Positions 6,909-16,317 of a DNA stretch of 18,689 nt are shown piece by piece (within the stretch, counting starts at the first letter, position 1; each line of letters starts with the position of its first letter). The position numbers were made by a program, and so were the translations under genes. The stretch spans positions 1 through 18,689 of the forward strand of contig JAYKGY010000025.1 of NCBI GenBank assembly GCA_035285545.1, read 5' to 3'. A model generated the notes under the pieces. That model was given only the letters and a program-made list of their open reading frames with translations, did no database searches and was not told where the DNA came from. This DNA comes from Snowella sp. (lineage in GTDB: Bacteria > Cyanobacteriota > Cyanobacteriia > Cyanobacteriales > Microcystaceae).

Positions 6909-7091
6909 ATGAGTACCGAAGATAGAGTCAAAGCAACCGCTAAAAATATTGAAGGAAATGTCCAAGAAGCGACAGGAAAGGTCACAGGCGATCCCCAAAC
7001 CCAAGCGGAAGGGAAGAAAAAACAGGCCGAGGCTCAAGTTCGTCATGGAGTTGAAAATGCCAAGGATGCAGTCAAAAAGAACGTTGACTAA
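6909..7091 (+). CDS. CsbD family general stress protein
   Basis: 60 aa, MSTEDRVKATAKNIEGNVQEATGKVTGD...AEGKKKQAEA; AGGAG RBS. Confidence 0.9.
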   Translation: MSTEDRVKATAKNIEGNVQEATGKVTGDPQTQAEGKKKQAEAQVRHGVENAKDAVKKNVD

Positions 7092-7220
7092 TTCGGTGAA
7101 TCCAGGAAACTTTTCGGCAGCGATCGCGTTTCCACACGACTTGTTTAAAGCGTAAATGCTGAAAGCGTTCCTACCCAATTTTTAATATCTGGTTTTAATA
7201 TTCTTTTTGTGGAGTTAAAA

Positions 7221-7718
7221 ATGCTTTTAATTCAATTCTTACGTCGATTTTGTTTCAATATTGTTGTTTCCCTATTCTTAGCCATGCCTTTTCTCTTTGG
7301 GGTAGGTGTGGCGGATAGCTGGGCGGTTCCTATGGGGGCGCGATCGCCAATTTTTCTCGTTTCCTCCAATCCCGTTGAAGCCCTTACCAAAGGCATTGAA
7401 AGTAATGTTCAAGAAGCGGTTGGCAAAATAACCGGTGATACCAAACAGGAAGCCGCGGGACATGCCAAAGGTTATCGAGCGGATGCCATCAAGAAAAAAG
7501 CCGAAGGCAAAGCCCAAGAAGCCCAAGGCCGACTAGCCGGCGATCATAAAACAACTGTTGATGGCAAAGCTAAACAACTTCAAGCCGAAACCATTGAATT
7601 AAATGATGCGAGTGTGCTAAATCCTGAGTATCAACCCCGCACCCTGACTCCTCAGGAAAAGAAAGATCGCAAAAACACTGAAGCGATTAAGGTAGAGGCG
7701 ATTGAACCGTTAGAATAA
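7221..7718 (+). CDS. CsbD-like protein with N-terminal signal/TM segment and two CsbD repeats
   Basis: Hydrophobic N-terminus followed by SNVQEAVGKITGD...AAGHAK and GKAQEAQGRLAGD...DGKAKQ repeats. ATG 7221 has a GGAG RBS (the ORF track starts at GTG 7209). Confidence 0.75.
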   Translation: MLLIQFLRRFCFNIVVSLFLAMPFLFGVGVADSWAVPMGARSPIFLVSSNPVEALTKGIESNVQEAVGKITGDTKQEAAGHAKGYRADAIKKKAEGKAQEAQGRLAGDHKTTVDGKAKQLQAETIELNDASVLNPEYQPRTLTPQEKKDRKNTEAIKVEAIEPLE

Positions 7719-7739
7719 TTCTCCAAGATCTTTGCATTC

Positions 7740-7768
7740 TCCCCTGATTAAAATTAGGGGATTTTTTT
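7740..7768 (+). terminator. Intrinsic terminator between convergent genes
   Basis: TCCCCTGAT-TAAA-ATTAGGGGA followed by TTTTTTT. Confidence 0.7.
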
Positions 7769-7775
7769 CATTGGA

Positions 7776-8504
7776 TTAGTCTCTATACCAAATAGACCGC
7801 CAAACAAACTGCGGTAAAGCCAACATCCGTCGCCAACGCCAGGGTTCTTGATAAAGACGATATAACCACTCCAAATTATTATCACAAAAGAATTTTGGGG
7901 CCCGAATTTTTTGTCCCGACCAGATATCAAAACTCCCCCCCACACCGATCCAGAGTGAATTGGGGCAGAGATGGCGATGATCTCGAATCCAAAATTCCTG
8001 ACGGGGAACCCCTAGTCCTACTAAAATGATTTTGGGTTGCTTCTCTTTTAGCAAATTACACCAGGCTTCCTGTTGCTCTGGAGTCAAAAACCCATGATTA
8101 CTGAAAATTAATAATCCTGGGTATTGCGCTTGCCATTTTGCCGCTGCCTTATTCGTTACCCCAGGTTGTCCCCCATAAAAGGCGATCGCGTGCTGGGGAT
8201 ACTTTTCTCCCGTTAAGCGAAGCAGGGATTCTGCTAACTCAATCCCAGGACAACGAGCTTGTCGAATATTTCTGAGGCGAAGATAAAGAATCACCCCTGC
8301 TCCATCCGGAATGACTAAATCCGCTTTACGGATCACCTGTCCCACGTCTGGGTTTTCTTCCGCTAACATCGACATTTCGGAATTAAGCGTGACAACATGA
8401 CCGCCGACATTCTGTTTAATGAAATCTTCTAGGATCCCAGTGTAATCCTTCGCTAAATGAACAGGTAGCGTAAAAACAGACGCAGTTTTAAGGGCTGTTA
8501 GCAT
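7776..8504 (-). CDS. WecB/TagA/CpsF family glycosyltransferase
   Basis: HVVTLNSEM, ADLVIPDGAG, GLGVPRQE, IGVGGSFD, RAP and NLEWLYRL motifs. The ORF is open to 8597; ATG 8504 is preferred on family length, so the start is uncertain. Confidence 0.92.
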   Translation of the reverse strand: MLTALKTASVFTLPVHLAKDYTGILEDFIKQNVGGHVVTLNSEMSMLAEENPDVGQVIRKADLVIPDGAGVILYLRLRNIRQARCPGIELAESLLRLTGEKYPQHAIAFYGGQPGVTNKAAAKWQAQYPGLLIFSNHGFLTPEQQEAWCNLLKEKQPKIILVGLGVPRQEFWIRDHRHLCPNSLWIGVGGSFDIWSGQKIRAPKFFCDNNLEWLYRLYQEPWRWRRMLALPQFVWRSIWYRD

Positions 8505-8720
8505 GGATGGTTGTCGAACGGTTCCAAGTTCAGAGACGGATTCCGCAGGATGAAGTTGCATTCTTTTAATTTTAGAGTTTATGAGTGAATTATTCACAAT
8601 TTAGCGGTTACGCTAACGGGCTAAATGCAGGATTGGAATAATGGCCATTAGATAATAATACCTATAGACTCTTATTGTAAATTCATAGAAGCTGATCTAG
8701 AACAAATTGGCAAGGCCTGT

Positions 8721-9764
8721 TTAGGTTAAGTCCATATAAACCATCCCTGTTTTTTTATCGGTTAGCCATTTTTGATATTTGAGGTAAAGGGACTCTCCTG
8801 GAATGGGTTCACTAAATTCCTTGGGAAGCTTATACTGGCTCGCCGGATATTCTTGATAAATTTGCAAAATCACCTGATAGTTTTGATACCATTTTCTGAG
8901 CACTCGCATGAGTTCATCAAATTTTAAATAGGAAATTTCGTGTTGATGAGATAGAGAAATAAATTGAATCATGACCGCAAAGGTTTGAACGGGATCGCAG
9001 TTTTTGGGGAGTTGAATAATATTTTGAAGTTTTTCAAAAGCGTGATAATTTTGACTTACGATATTCAGCAGGGTTTTAGCGTCATGCAGATGTTTAATTT
9101 CAATATTGCGAATAACATCGGCAACGGTGCGTAAGACTGAATAGTCAGCTAAGTTAGACGCTTTAAATAATGACAGAAGTTTTAAACCTAAGTTATTTTG
9201 TGAAATGCGATCCATGTGCTTTGCGTAGGCGGTAATGGCTTTCTGCCCTTCGTCGGTTTTGACTTGGGTGAGGATGCTATTGGCCTTGGCTTGAACCTGT
9301 TCTTGGAACGACCTATTGTCAGTCTGATTTTTCAGTAACTCGTCCACAAAGCTATACAGTTCTTGTTGCTTATAGCCCCGATAGCGGATTTCGGTTTGGG
9401 CGATCGCGATAAAGGAATCTTTGGCCTGAATGGCTAATTGTAAAAGACGGAGACTTTCTTCAATGCCGGCATATTCTCCCATCCCTTTGTTAAGTAAATA
9501 TTTAATTTTGACAAAGGCTAAAAAATCCTCATTGCCGAATTTCTGACTATCAATGGCTTCAGCAGTTTTAGCAAAAACGCGCAAATCCATCAATTGCAAG
9601 CTGCGTAAGGAGATCGCACTCTCTGGAACTTCGGTTTTTTCATTTTTTTGTAGTAATTCGCCTAACAGTCCGTTTTCGCCCGTCACTGGCCGATTCCACC
9701 AGGGCGTTTGCTTGGCGGAGGACTGAGGGTCAGAAGAGAGAGAATCATGAGTCGGGTTAGTCAT
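8721..9764 (-). CDS. Hypothetical protein (alpha-helical)
   Basis: 347-aa ORF with host-like codon usage, an internal HIP1 site and a GAGG RBS; no motif recognised. Confidence 0.8.
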   Translation of the reverse strand: MTNPTHDSLSSDPQSSAKQTPWWNRPVTGENGLLGELLQKNEKTEVPESAISLRSLQLMDLRVFAKTAEAIDSQKFGNEDFLAFVKIKYLLNKGMGEYAGIEESLRLLQLAIQAKDSFIAIAQTEIRYRGYKQQELYSFVDELLKNQTDNRSFQEQVQAKANSILTQVKTDEGQKAITAYAKHMDRISQNNLGLKLLSLFKASNLADYSVLRTVADVIRNIEIKHLHDAKTLLNIVSQNYHAFEKLQNIIQLPKNCDPVQTFAVMIQFISLSHQHEISYLKFDELMRVLRKWYQNYQVILQIYQEYPASQYKLPKEFSEPIPGESLYLKYQKWLTDKKTGMVYMDLT

Positions 9765-10005
9765 CTAAAAGCCTCAATGATCAAAAAAGAAAAAATAATG
9801 TTCACAATCAGCAGTTAATCCCGATAAAGCAGAACGGGCTTACTTTTCGAGGAACACAAAAGGCTTCTGGTACAGTAAGTCAAGAAATAATATAGCGGAT
9901 AATCTGTTTATTTTAACTTGTTCTCTTCCTATTGAAATCGGTATTTTAGGTGCCACTGATGTATTCAAATCAGGTATTATCACGGTTTTAACTCTTCTTT
10001 AATTT

Positions 10006-10572
10006 ATGAATAAAGTTCAATTACGTCGTCAACTCCTTGAATATCGTCAATCCTTACCCCTTGAAACCTGGCGAGAAAACAGCGATCGCCTTTGCCAACA
10101 CTTACAAACGTTGCCCCTTTTCCAGTCTGCTCGCACAATCTTAGCCTACTTTAGCATTCGCCAGGAACCCGATCTTCAGTCCCTATGGGCCGCTAAATCC
10201 ACCTGGGATCACCGTTGGGGTTTTCCGCGTTGTGTGGGCCAAGACCTCACTTGGCATCAGTGGAACGTAGGAGATCCCCTAGAAACGGGAGCTTACAACA
10301 TCTTACAGCCGATTGCCACTGCACCGCCATTAACCGCTGCGGAGGTGGATTTAATCTTGGTTCCCTCGGTTGCCTGCGATCGCCGTTGTTATCGTTTAGG
10401 TTATGGGGGAGGATTTTATGATCGTTTATTGGCCGATCCGCAATGGGCGAGCCTTCCCGCCCTAGGCCTTATCTTTGAATTCGCCTATTTACCCACCCTG
10501 CCCACCGATCCTTGGGACATTCAATTATCTGGTATCTGTACAGAAAAAACTTTCTATTTTCTTAATAAATAA
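10006..10572 (+). CDS. 5-formyltetrahydrofolate cyclo-ligase
   Basis: K..LRRQLL, YF...QEPDL, DLILVP.VACD...YRLGYGGGFYDR and LP.DPWD motifs. Confidence 0.95.
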   Translation: MNKVQLRRQLLEYRQSLPLETWRENSDRLCQHLQTLPLFQSARTILAYFSIRQEPDLQSLWAAKSTWDHRWGFPRCVGQDLTWHQWNVGDPLETGAYNILQPIATAPPLTAAEVDLILVPSVACDRRCYRLGYGGGFYDRLLADPQWASLPALGLIFEFAYLPTLPTDPWDIQLSGICTEKTFYFLNK

Positions 10573-10723
10573 GTATTGTTACTTAAGTAATAATATTAAG
10601 ATTTATTGAATCAGAAAGCGGCTGGAAAGGCCTTTGCTAGGATAAAAATCAAAGTCGAAAATGATGAAATATTGTTGTTTTTAAAATTTTGTCTATGGCT
10701 GCAAAATTACCGTAAAGGCTCCT

Positions 10724-11047
10724 ATGATTAAGCATTTTTGTGATGATTGGATTAGAGAATGGTGTGACGACAATGGTTGGACTGATCTGTTTATTGAACG
10801 CCGCAACAACTACTGGGCTTTTCCACCTGGTGCTGTAATTCCTGAACCCATTCCCTTTAAAACCTTAAGGCTCATCAAATCACAAAAAGGTCTCTGTCCT
10901 GAAGAAAAATTATGGCTAACGTCGGCAATGGTCATTAGCTTTATTGGAATTGTTTTAAGCTACTTTTTAAAAAGCCCAATGCCCATCGTGTTCGCGTTTG
11001 CTTTTGGGGCAATTACTGCCGCTCAATTAGAAATGGAAGAATTTTGA
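10724..11047 (+). CDS. Hypothetical membrane protein (two C-terminal TM helices)
   Basis: 107 aa with WIREWCDDNGWTDLF...YWAFPPGAVIPEPIP followed by two hydrophobic segments. Confidence 0.8.
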   Translation: MIKHFCDDWIREWCDDNGWTDLFIERRNNYWAFPPGAVIPEPIPFKTLRLIKSQKGLCPEEKLWLTSAMVISFIGIVLSYFLKSPMPIVFAFAFGAITAAQLEMEEF

Positions 11048-11062
11048 TTGATTTTTAATCGA

Positions 11063-12607
11063 TTACAAGCCGTAACCACCGCCGCCTGGGGTTTGAATCA
11101 CAAAGCTATCTCCGGTATTCATTTCTACCGTAGCGGTTCCTTCTAGAGTCTCTACCCTTCCGTCCTGGCGAATCACTAAATTTTGACCCACTTCTCCGGG
11201 TTCTCCTCCCGCTAATCCAAAAGGAGCCGTGAGACGATGGCTAGATAGGATATTGGCTGTCATCGGTTCTAAAAATTTAATTTTGCGGGTTACCCCATCA
11301 CCCCCTTTAAATTGTCCCTGTCCCCCACTGTTGGCCCGAAGGCTAAAACTTTCGAGTAAAACGGGAAATCGCCATTCTAAGACTTCTGGATCCGTTAAAC
11401 GGGAGTTGGTCATGTGAGTTTGCACTGCACTGGTTCCGTTAAAGTTTGACCCCGCCCCTGAACCACCGCAAATCGTTTCGTAATACTGATACTGAGCATT
11501 GCCAAAGGTGAAATTATTCATCGTGCCTTGGGATGCGGCCATTACGCCTAATGCACCATAGAGCGCATCAACAATCGCCTGGGACGTTTCCACATTACCC
11601 GCCACGATCGCCGCTGGATAACGGGGATTGAGCATCGAGCCTTCGGGAATGATCAAGGTCAAGGGTTTCAAACAGCCTTGATTCAGCGGGATATCTTCCT
11701 GCACTAAAGTTCTAAAGACATACAAAACGGCAGCCTGACAAACCGCAATCGGCGCATTAAAATTGCTGTCTAACTGGTCAGAAGTTCCGGTGAAATCAAC
11801 CAGGACTGAGCGATCGCGATGATCAATGCTGACTTTGACCTGAATCACGGCCCCTTGATCCAACTCATAGCGAAATTCACCCGAATTCAACGCGGTAATG
11901 GCTTGACGAACTGCCGCTTCTGCGTGGTTTTGCACAAAGGTCATATAGGCTTGAACCGTTGTTAATCCATAGGCTTTTACCATCTGCTGTAATTCTTCTA
12001 CCCCCTTCGCATTGGCATTCACTTGGGCGAGAAGATCGGCAAGATTTTGCTCAGGATTACGAGCCGGATAGGGATGGTGAGTTAATAAGTCTCGTAAGGC
12101 TGTTTCCTGAAAGTTGCCTTGCTTAATCAAACAAAAATTGTCAATTAAAACCCCTTCTTCTTCAATGCTACGGCTATGGGGAGGCATCGAACCAGGGGTT
12201 ATTCCACCTATATCCGCATGATGTCCCCGTGAGGCGACGTAGAAAATAATTTTTGTCCCTCCTTCTTCAAAAATAGGTGTTATTACCGTAATATCCGGTA
12301 AATGGGTACCGCCATTATAGGGATTATTCGACCCATACACATCACCGGGTTTTAATTGCTGCCCAACAGCCTGAATCAAACTCTGAACACTCGCCGACAT
12401 TGAGCCTAAATGAACCGGAATATGGGGCGCATTGGCCACTAAATCCCCATTTTGATCAAAAATCGCGCAGGAAAAGTCCAATCGTTCTTTAATATTGACG
12501 GAAGTTGCGGTATTTTGTAGTGTAATTCCCATTTCTTCCGCAATAAATTGAAAGCGATTTTTAAAAATTTCTAGGCGAATGGGATCGGGTTGATTGAGAT
12601 GAGTCAT
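11063..12607 (-). CDS. Hydantoinase B / 5-oxoprolinase beta-type subunit
   Basis: DPIRLEIF.NRFQFIAEEMG, NIKERLDFSCA, HIPVHLGSM, NPYNGGTHLPD, HHADIGG.TPGSMP and TPGGGGYG motifs. ATG at 12607 (TTG 12613 in the ORF track). Confidence 0.95.
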   Translation of the reverse strand: MTHLNQPDPIRLEIFKNRFQFIAEEMGITLQNTATSVNIKERLDFSCAIFDQNGDLVANAPHIPVHLGSMSASVQSLIQAVGQQLKPGDVYGSNNPYNGGTHLPDITVITPIFEEGGTKIIFYVASRGHHADIGGITPGSMPPHSRSIEEEGVLIDNFCLIKQGNFQETALRDLLTHHPYPARNPEQNLADLLAQVNANAKGVEELQQMVKAYGLTTVQAYMTFVQNHAEAAVRQAITALNSGEFRYELDQGAVIQVKVSIDHRDRSVLVDFTGTSDQLDSNFNAPIAVCQAAVLYVFRTLVQEDIPLNQGCLKPLTLIIPEGSMLNPRYPAAIVAGNVETSQAIVDALYGALGVMAASQGTMNNFTFGNAQYQYYETICGGSGAGSNFNGTSAVQTHMTNSRLTDPEVLEWRFPVLLESFSLRANSGGQGQFKGGDGVTRKIKFLEPMTANILSSHRLTAPFGLAGGEPGEVGQNLVIRQDGRVETLEGTATVEMNTGDSFVIQTPGGGGYGL

Positions 12608-12982
12608 CAGCAATTAGGGAAAAATTGTAACCAAAACGAGCTGGCTAAAAAAAGCATATCAGTTAGTTATCAAAGAAAATATCAAGTAGGGTAGGGTCTA
12701 GTTTTAGGACAATGTACTGTTTATGGTTGCCCACCTAAAAAACATTCAGGTAGGGAAGTCCTTTGTCGTTATATCAAATATTTAGCGCAAAAAATTAAAT
12801 ATTTTGGAGGTATTTTAAGACATTTCCCATAAAATTTTTAAAATTAATTTCTATCTTGAGTCAAAGAACCCAAATTGCTTAAACTTGCTATCAATGAAAA
12901 ACCGGATGACGATTCTCTGCCCTGCTAAAATAAAGAGACTTTGTTGCGATTTGTATCATTTCTAGATCAACCCTAAACTTTT

Positions 12983-14002
12983 ATGCGTCCTGCCGTTCGT
13001 GTCGAACATCTTAAAAAGCGTTATGGGGCAGTCGAAGCGGTTAAAGATATTTCTTTTTCGGTACAGCCTGGAGAAATTTTTGGACTACTTGGCCCCAATG
13101 GCGCAGGTAAAACCACAACCATTCGCTGCCTGTGTACCTTGTCTAAACCTGATAGCGGAAAGCTCGATGTAGAAGGCGTTTCAGTGATTGATCAGCCCAA
13201 ATTGGCCCGTCGTCTGTTGGGATACGTTGCCCAGGAAGTCGCGATCGATAAAATTCTCACCGGTCGGGAACTGTTGCAACTGCAAGCGTCTTTGTACCAT
13301 CTGCCGCCGAAACAAGCCAAAGACCGCATTCAGCAATTACTGGAATTATTGAAGTTAACGGATTACGCCGAGAAAAAGACGGGAACCTATTCGGGGGGAT
13401 TGCGTAAACGCTTAGATTTAGCCGCCGGGTTATTACATCAACCTGCCGTTTTGGTCTTAGATGAACCGTCGGTGGGCTTAGACATCGAAAGTCGCTTTAT
13501 TCTATGGGACTTTTTGCGTCAACTCCGCGATGCAGGGACAACGGTTTTAATTACGAGCCATTATCTAGAAGAAATTGATGCCCTGGCCGATCGCTTAGTC
13601 ATTATTGATCAGGGTAAGGTGATTGCAGAAGGGAGTCCCTCAGAATTAAAGGATCGGGTCGGCGGCGATCGCGTAACCTTGAGAATCCGAGAATTTTCCG
13701 ATTTAGAAGAAGCGGAAAAAGCCAAGCATTTATTGGAACCGCTGGAGTTTGTGGAAGATGTCATTATCAATACGGCCCAAGGCCATACCTTAAACTTAGT
13801 GGTAACGGCCCAAAGTAATCCCCTGAGTACCATTGAACAAACCCTCGTGAATGCGGGCTTACCGATTTTTAGCTTGTCCCAATCCCGTCCGAGCTTGGAT
13901 GATGTCTATCTCGCTGCCACAGGACGCACCCTCCTAGATGCGGAAATTGCTGCTGCTAGCAATCGGGATTTAAAAGCGGAAAAGAAACAAGCCATGAAAT
14001 AG
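12983..14002 (+). CDS. ABC transporter ATP-binding protein (DrrA-like exporter)
   Basis: GPNGAGKTT, YSGG, LVLDEP and H-loop TSHY. Confidence 0.95.
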   Translation: MRPAVRVEHLKKRYGAVEAVKDISFSVQPGEIFGLLGPNGAGKTTTIRCLCTLSKPDSGKLDVEGVSVIDQPKLARRLLGYVAQEVAIDKILTGRELLQLQASLYHLPPKQAKDRIQQLLELLKLTDYAEKKTGTYSGGLRKRLDLAAGLLHQPAVLVLDEPSVGLDIESRFILWDFLRQLRDAGTTVLITSHYLEEIDALADRLVIIDQGKVIAEGSPSELKDRVGGDRVTLRIREFSDLEEAEKAKHLLEPLEFVEDVIINTAQGHTLNLVVTAQSNPLSTIEQTLVNAGLPIFSLSQSRPSLDDVYLAATGRTLLDAEIAAASNRDLKAEKKQAMK

Positions 14003-14036
14003 TTTTATCAATCCATTTTTAACGTAAAGGTGAAAT

Positions 14037-14930
14037 ATGACTCAAACTTTAGCTCCTTTGGATCAAAATAATTTGTTATCGCCCAATCCTGAATTGAATC
14101 CGAACTTGATTAAGGAAAATGCGATCGCGGATTTTGTTCAAGAAACGACTGCTTTAACTAAACGCCTTTTCATCCAACTCCAACGCCGCCCTTCTACCCT
14201 GATTGCAGGGATTATTCAACCCTTTATGTGGTTAGTGCTGTTTGGAGCCTTATTTCTCAATGCTCCCCAAGGATTGTTCGGCAATGATCAAAATTACGCC
14301 CAATTTCTCGCCCCTGGCATTATTGTTTTTACCGCCTTTTCAGGGGCATTAAATGCCGGCTTACCCGTCATGTTTGACCGCGAGTTTGGTTTCCTCAACC
14401 GCTTATTAGTGGCTCCCTTGGCTTCTCGTTATTCCATTGTGGCTGCTTCGACGATCTACATTATTGCCCTGAGCATGATTCAAACTGCTGTCATTGTGGT
14501 TGCCAGTTCTCTCTTGGGCGCGGGTTTACCTAATTTAGTCGGACTGAGCGCGATCGCGTTAATTGTTTTCCTGATTGTTTTAGGGGTAACGGCCTTGAGT
14601 TTAGGGTTGGCTTTTGCCTTACCGGGCCATATTGAACTGATTGCGGTGATTTTTGTCACCAATTTGCCCTTGTTATTTGCCAGTACTGCCCTGGCTCCCC
14701 TGTCCTTCATGGCAGGCTGGTTACAAATTATTGCCAGTTTAAACCCCTTAACCTACGCGATCGAACCCATCCGTTATCTGTATCTCCATCAGGAATGGGC
14801 GTTGAATAGTGTTGTCCTCAATGCGCCCTGGGCCAATTTGACTTTTGTACAGGTTCTCGGCGTACTATTGCTGTTTGATGCGTTAGTATTATCATTAATA
14901 CAACCCCTATTGCGTCGTCGCTTTCTATAA
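14037..14930 (+). CDS. ABC-2 type transporter permease (DrrB-like)
   Basis: About six TM helices, DREFGFLNRLLVAP and LNPLTYA; adjacent to the ATPase gene. Confidence 0.93.
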   Translation: MTQTLAPLDQNNLLSPNPELNPNLIKENAIADFVQETTALTKRLFIQLQRRPSTLIAGIIQPFMWLVLFGALFLNAPQGLFGNDQNYAQFLAPGIIVFTAFSGALNAGLPVMFDREFGFLNRLLVAPLASRYSIVAASTIYIIALSMIQTAVIVVASSLLGAGLPNLVGLSAIALIVFLIVLGVTALSLGLAFALPGHIELIAVIFVTNLPLLFASTALAPLSFMAGWLQIIASLNPLTYAIEPIRYLYLHQEWALNSVVLNAPWANLTFVQVLGVLLLFDALVLSLIQPLLRRRFL

Positions 14931-14972
14931 GTTTTAAACATTGTGTTGTTGTTAGAACGCTGAGTACCCTTT

Positions 14973-15332
14973 ATGAATAGTCAATATCTTCTAAAAATTG
15001 GAATCCTCTCTCTGGGATTCGGAGCCTTATTGATAGGAACGGAAAAAGCGGCTCTTGCCCAATTCCAAACAAATCCTCAAGAACCGATTGGCTACCAAAA
15101 AAGTGAACAAGATCCCAGTCAAGGGCTATTTGGCGGAGGATTTAATCCCACTTCGTTGATCCATAATGTCAATTTTAGTCGTAGCCGCACGGGGGCAGAT
15201 TTTGCCGAAGATACTCAAAATTCGTTAAATAAAGCAGCAACAGAGTTTAAACGCCAACAACAGCTCCAATTGCAATCCCAACCGAACGCTGTACCGTCTA
15301 ATTCCGTTACGAATCCTAGTTCTGCTCAATAA
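14973..15332 (+). CDS. Hypothetical exported protein
   Basis: 119 aa with a signal peptide ending ALA-Q and a Q/S-rich tail. Confidence 0.8.
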   Translation: MNSQYLLKIGILSLGFGALLIGTEKAALAQFQTNPQEPIGYQKSEQDPSQGLFGGGFNPTSLIHNVNFSRSRTGADFAEDTQNSLNKAATEFKRQQQLQLQSQPNAVPSNSVTNPSSAQ

Positions 15333-15370
15333 TCGTGACTCAAAGTAAAAAATATCAAAGACTCAATTTC

Positions 15371-15395
15371 TCCCTGCGTTGTGTAGGGAATTTTT
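15371..15395 (+). terminator. Possible intrinsic terminator
   Basis: TCCCTGC-GTTGT-GTAGGGA followed by ATTTTT. Confidence 0.45.
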
Positions 15396-15430
15396 ATGGT
15401 TATTGTGGATCATCGGTTTAAGGAGCAACG

Positions 15431-16042
15431 ATGAAGTTGCAAAAAGTGACTTGGATACTATTGGCGATCGCGATAATGTTGGGGGGAGGATTAGCCGTTT
15501 ATGAAAGTCAGCGCAATCCTCAGCAGACCGAAGCGGCAAAATTCCAGCAAAAACGACTTTTTAGTTTTAAAGCCGACGATATTCAGTCTTTAACAATTGA
15601 TAATGCGGGGCAAATCCTGAAATTTTATCGCGGGTCGGATACGAAACAAACGTGGAAATTGGATCAGCCCGATCCGGTTGAGGCCAATGATTCAGCGATT
15701 TCTTTTTTAATTAATCTGTTAATGGATAGTCAAAGCGATCGCGCCTTTAGTGCGCCCTCAGAACAGTTAGCAGAATATGGGCTATCCCCTGCCCAAAAAA
15801 GCATCGTCGTACAATTAAAAAATGGCAAAACCCATCAATTAATTTTCGGCAATCCTGATTTTAAGGGAGACTTTCTTTATACCTTAATTAATCCCGATAA
15901 ACCGCTACCATCTGAAGTTTCCATCGCCTTAGTTTCTCGAACCTTTCAAGAGTTGATCAATCGAGATCCCAATGAGTGGAAAAAAGCCGATAATGATCCT
16001 AAAGTTGCTCCTCCTAGCCCTGAACCATCCGTTCAACCCTAA
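15431..16042 (+). CDS. DUF4340 domain-containing protein
   Basis: N-terminal TM anchor, W.L..P, LAEYGL.P and L.FGNP.F...LY pattern; AAGGAG RBS. Confidence 0.75.
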   Translation: MKLQKVTWILLAIAIMLGGGLAVYESQRNPQQTEAAKFQQKRLFSFKADDIQSLTIDNAGQILKFYRGSDTKQTWKLDQPDPVEANDSAISFLINLLMDSQSDRAFSAPSEQLAEYGLSPAQKSIVVQLKNGKTHQLIFGNPDFKGDFLYTLINPDKPLPSEVSIALVSRTFQELINRDPNEWKKADNDPKVAPPSPEPSVQP

Positions 16043-16047
16043 CCCCT

Positions 16048-16317
16048 ATGTCTAAGCCCTCGACCCTAGAACCCGAAACCCTCAGTACCGTTGCCCTAGC
16101 CCAAGCGTTGGCCGAACGATTAGCGATCACCCCCAAAGACTGGCACCGACTCAAAGCCAACCGCAAAGCCCAAGCCAGTCAAGATTTAGCTGCTGCGCTG
16201 GTGTTTTTGCTCAAAGATCAACCGGAAGAAGCCCTCAGCCACATCCAACAAGCCGCAGGATGGTTAGACCGTTCCATTTCTGCCCCGCCTTGTCCTACCC
16301 ATGGTCATGGAAAATAA
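16048..16317 (+). CDS. Small conserved cyanobacterial protein (DUF6439-like)
   Basis: LAQALAERLAI...DWHRLKANR...GWLDRSISAPPCPTHG; family assignment from memory. Confidence 0.75.
   Translation: MSKPSTLEPETLSTVALAQALAERLAITPKDWHRLKANRKAQASQDLAAALVFLLKDQPEEALSHIQQAAGWLDRSISAPPCPTHGHGK

Noticed and set aside
6224..7945. Short ORFs 6224-6406, 6807-7178, 6949-7155, 7278-7526 and 7754-7945
   Set aside because: Shadow or alternate-frame ORFs overlapping well-supported genes (purD, CsbD pair, WecB).
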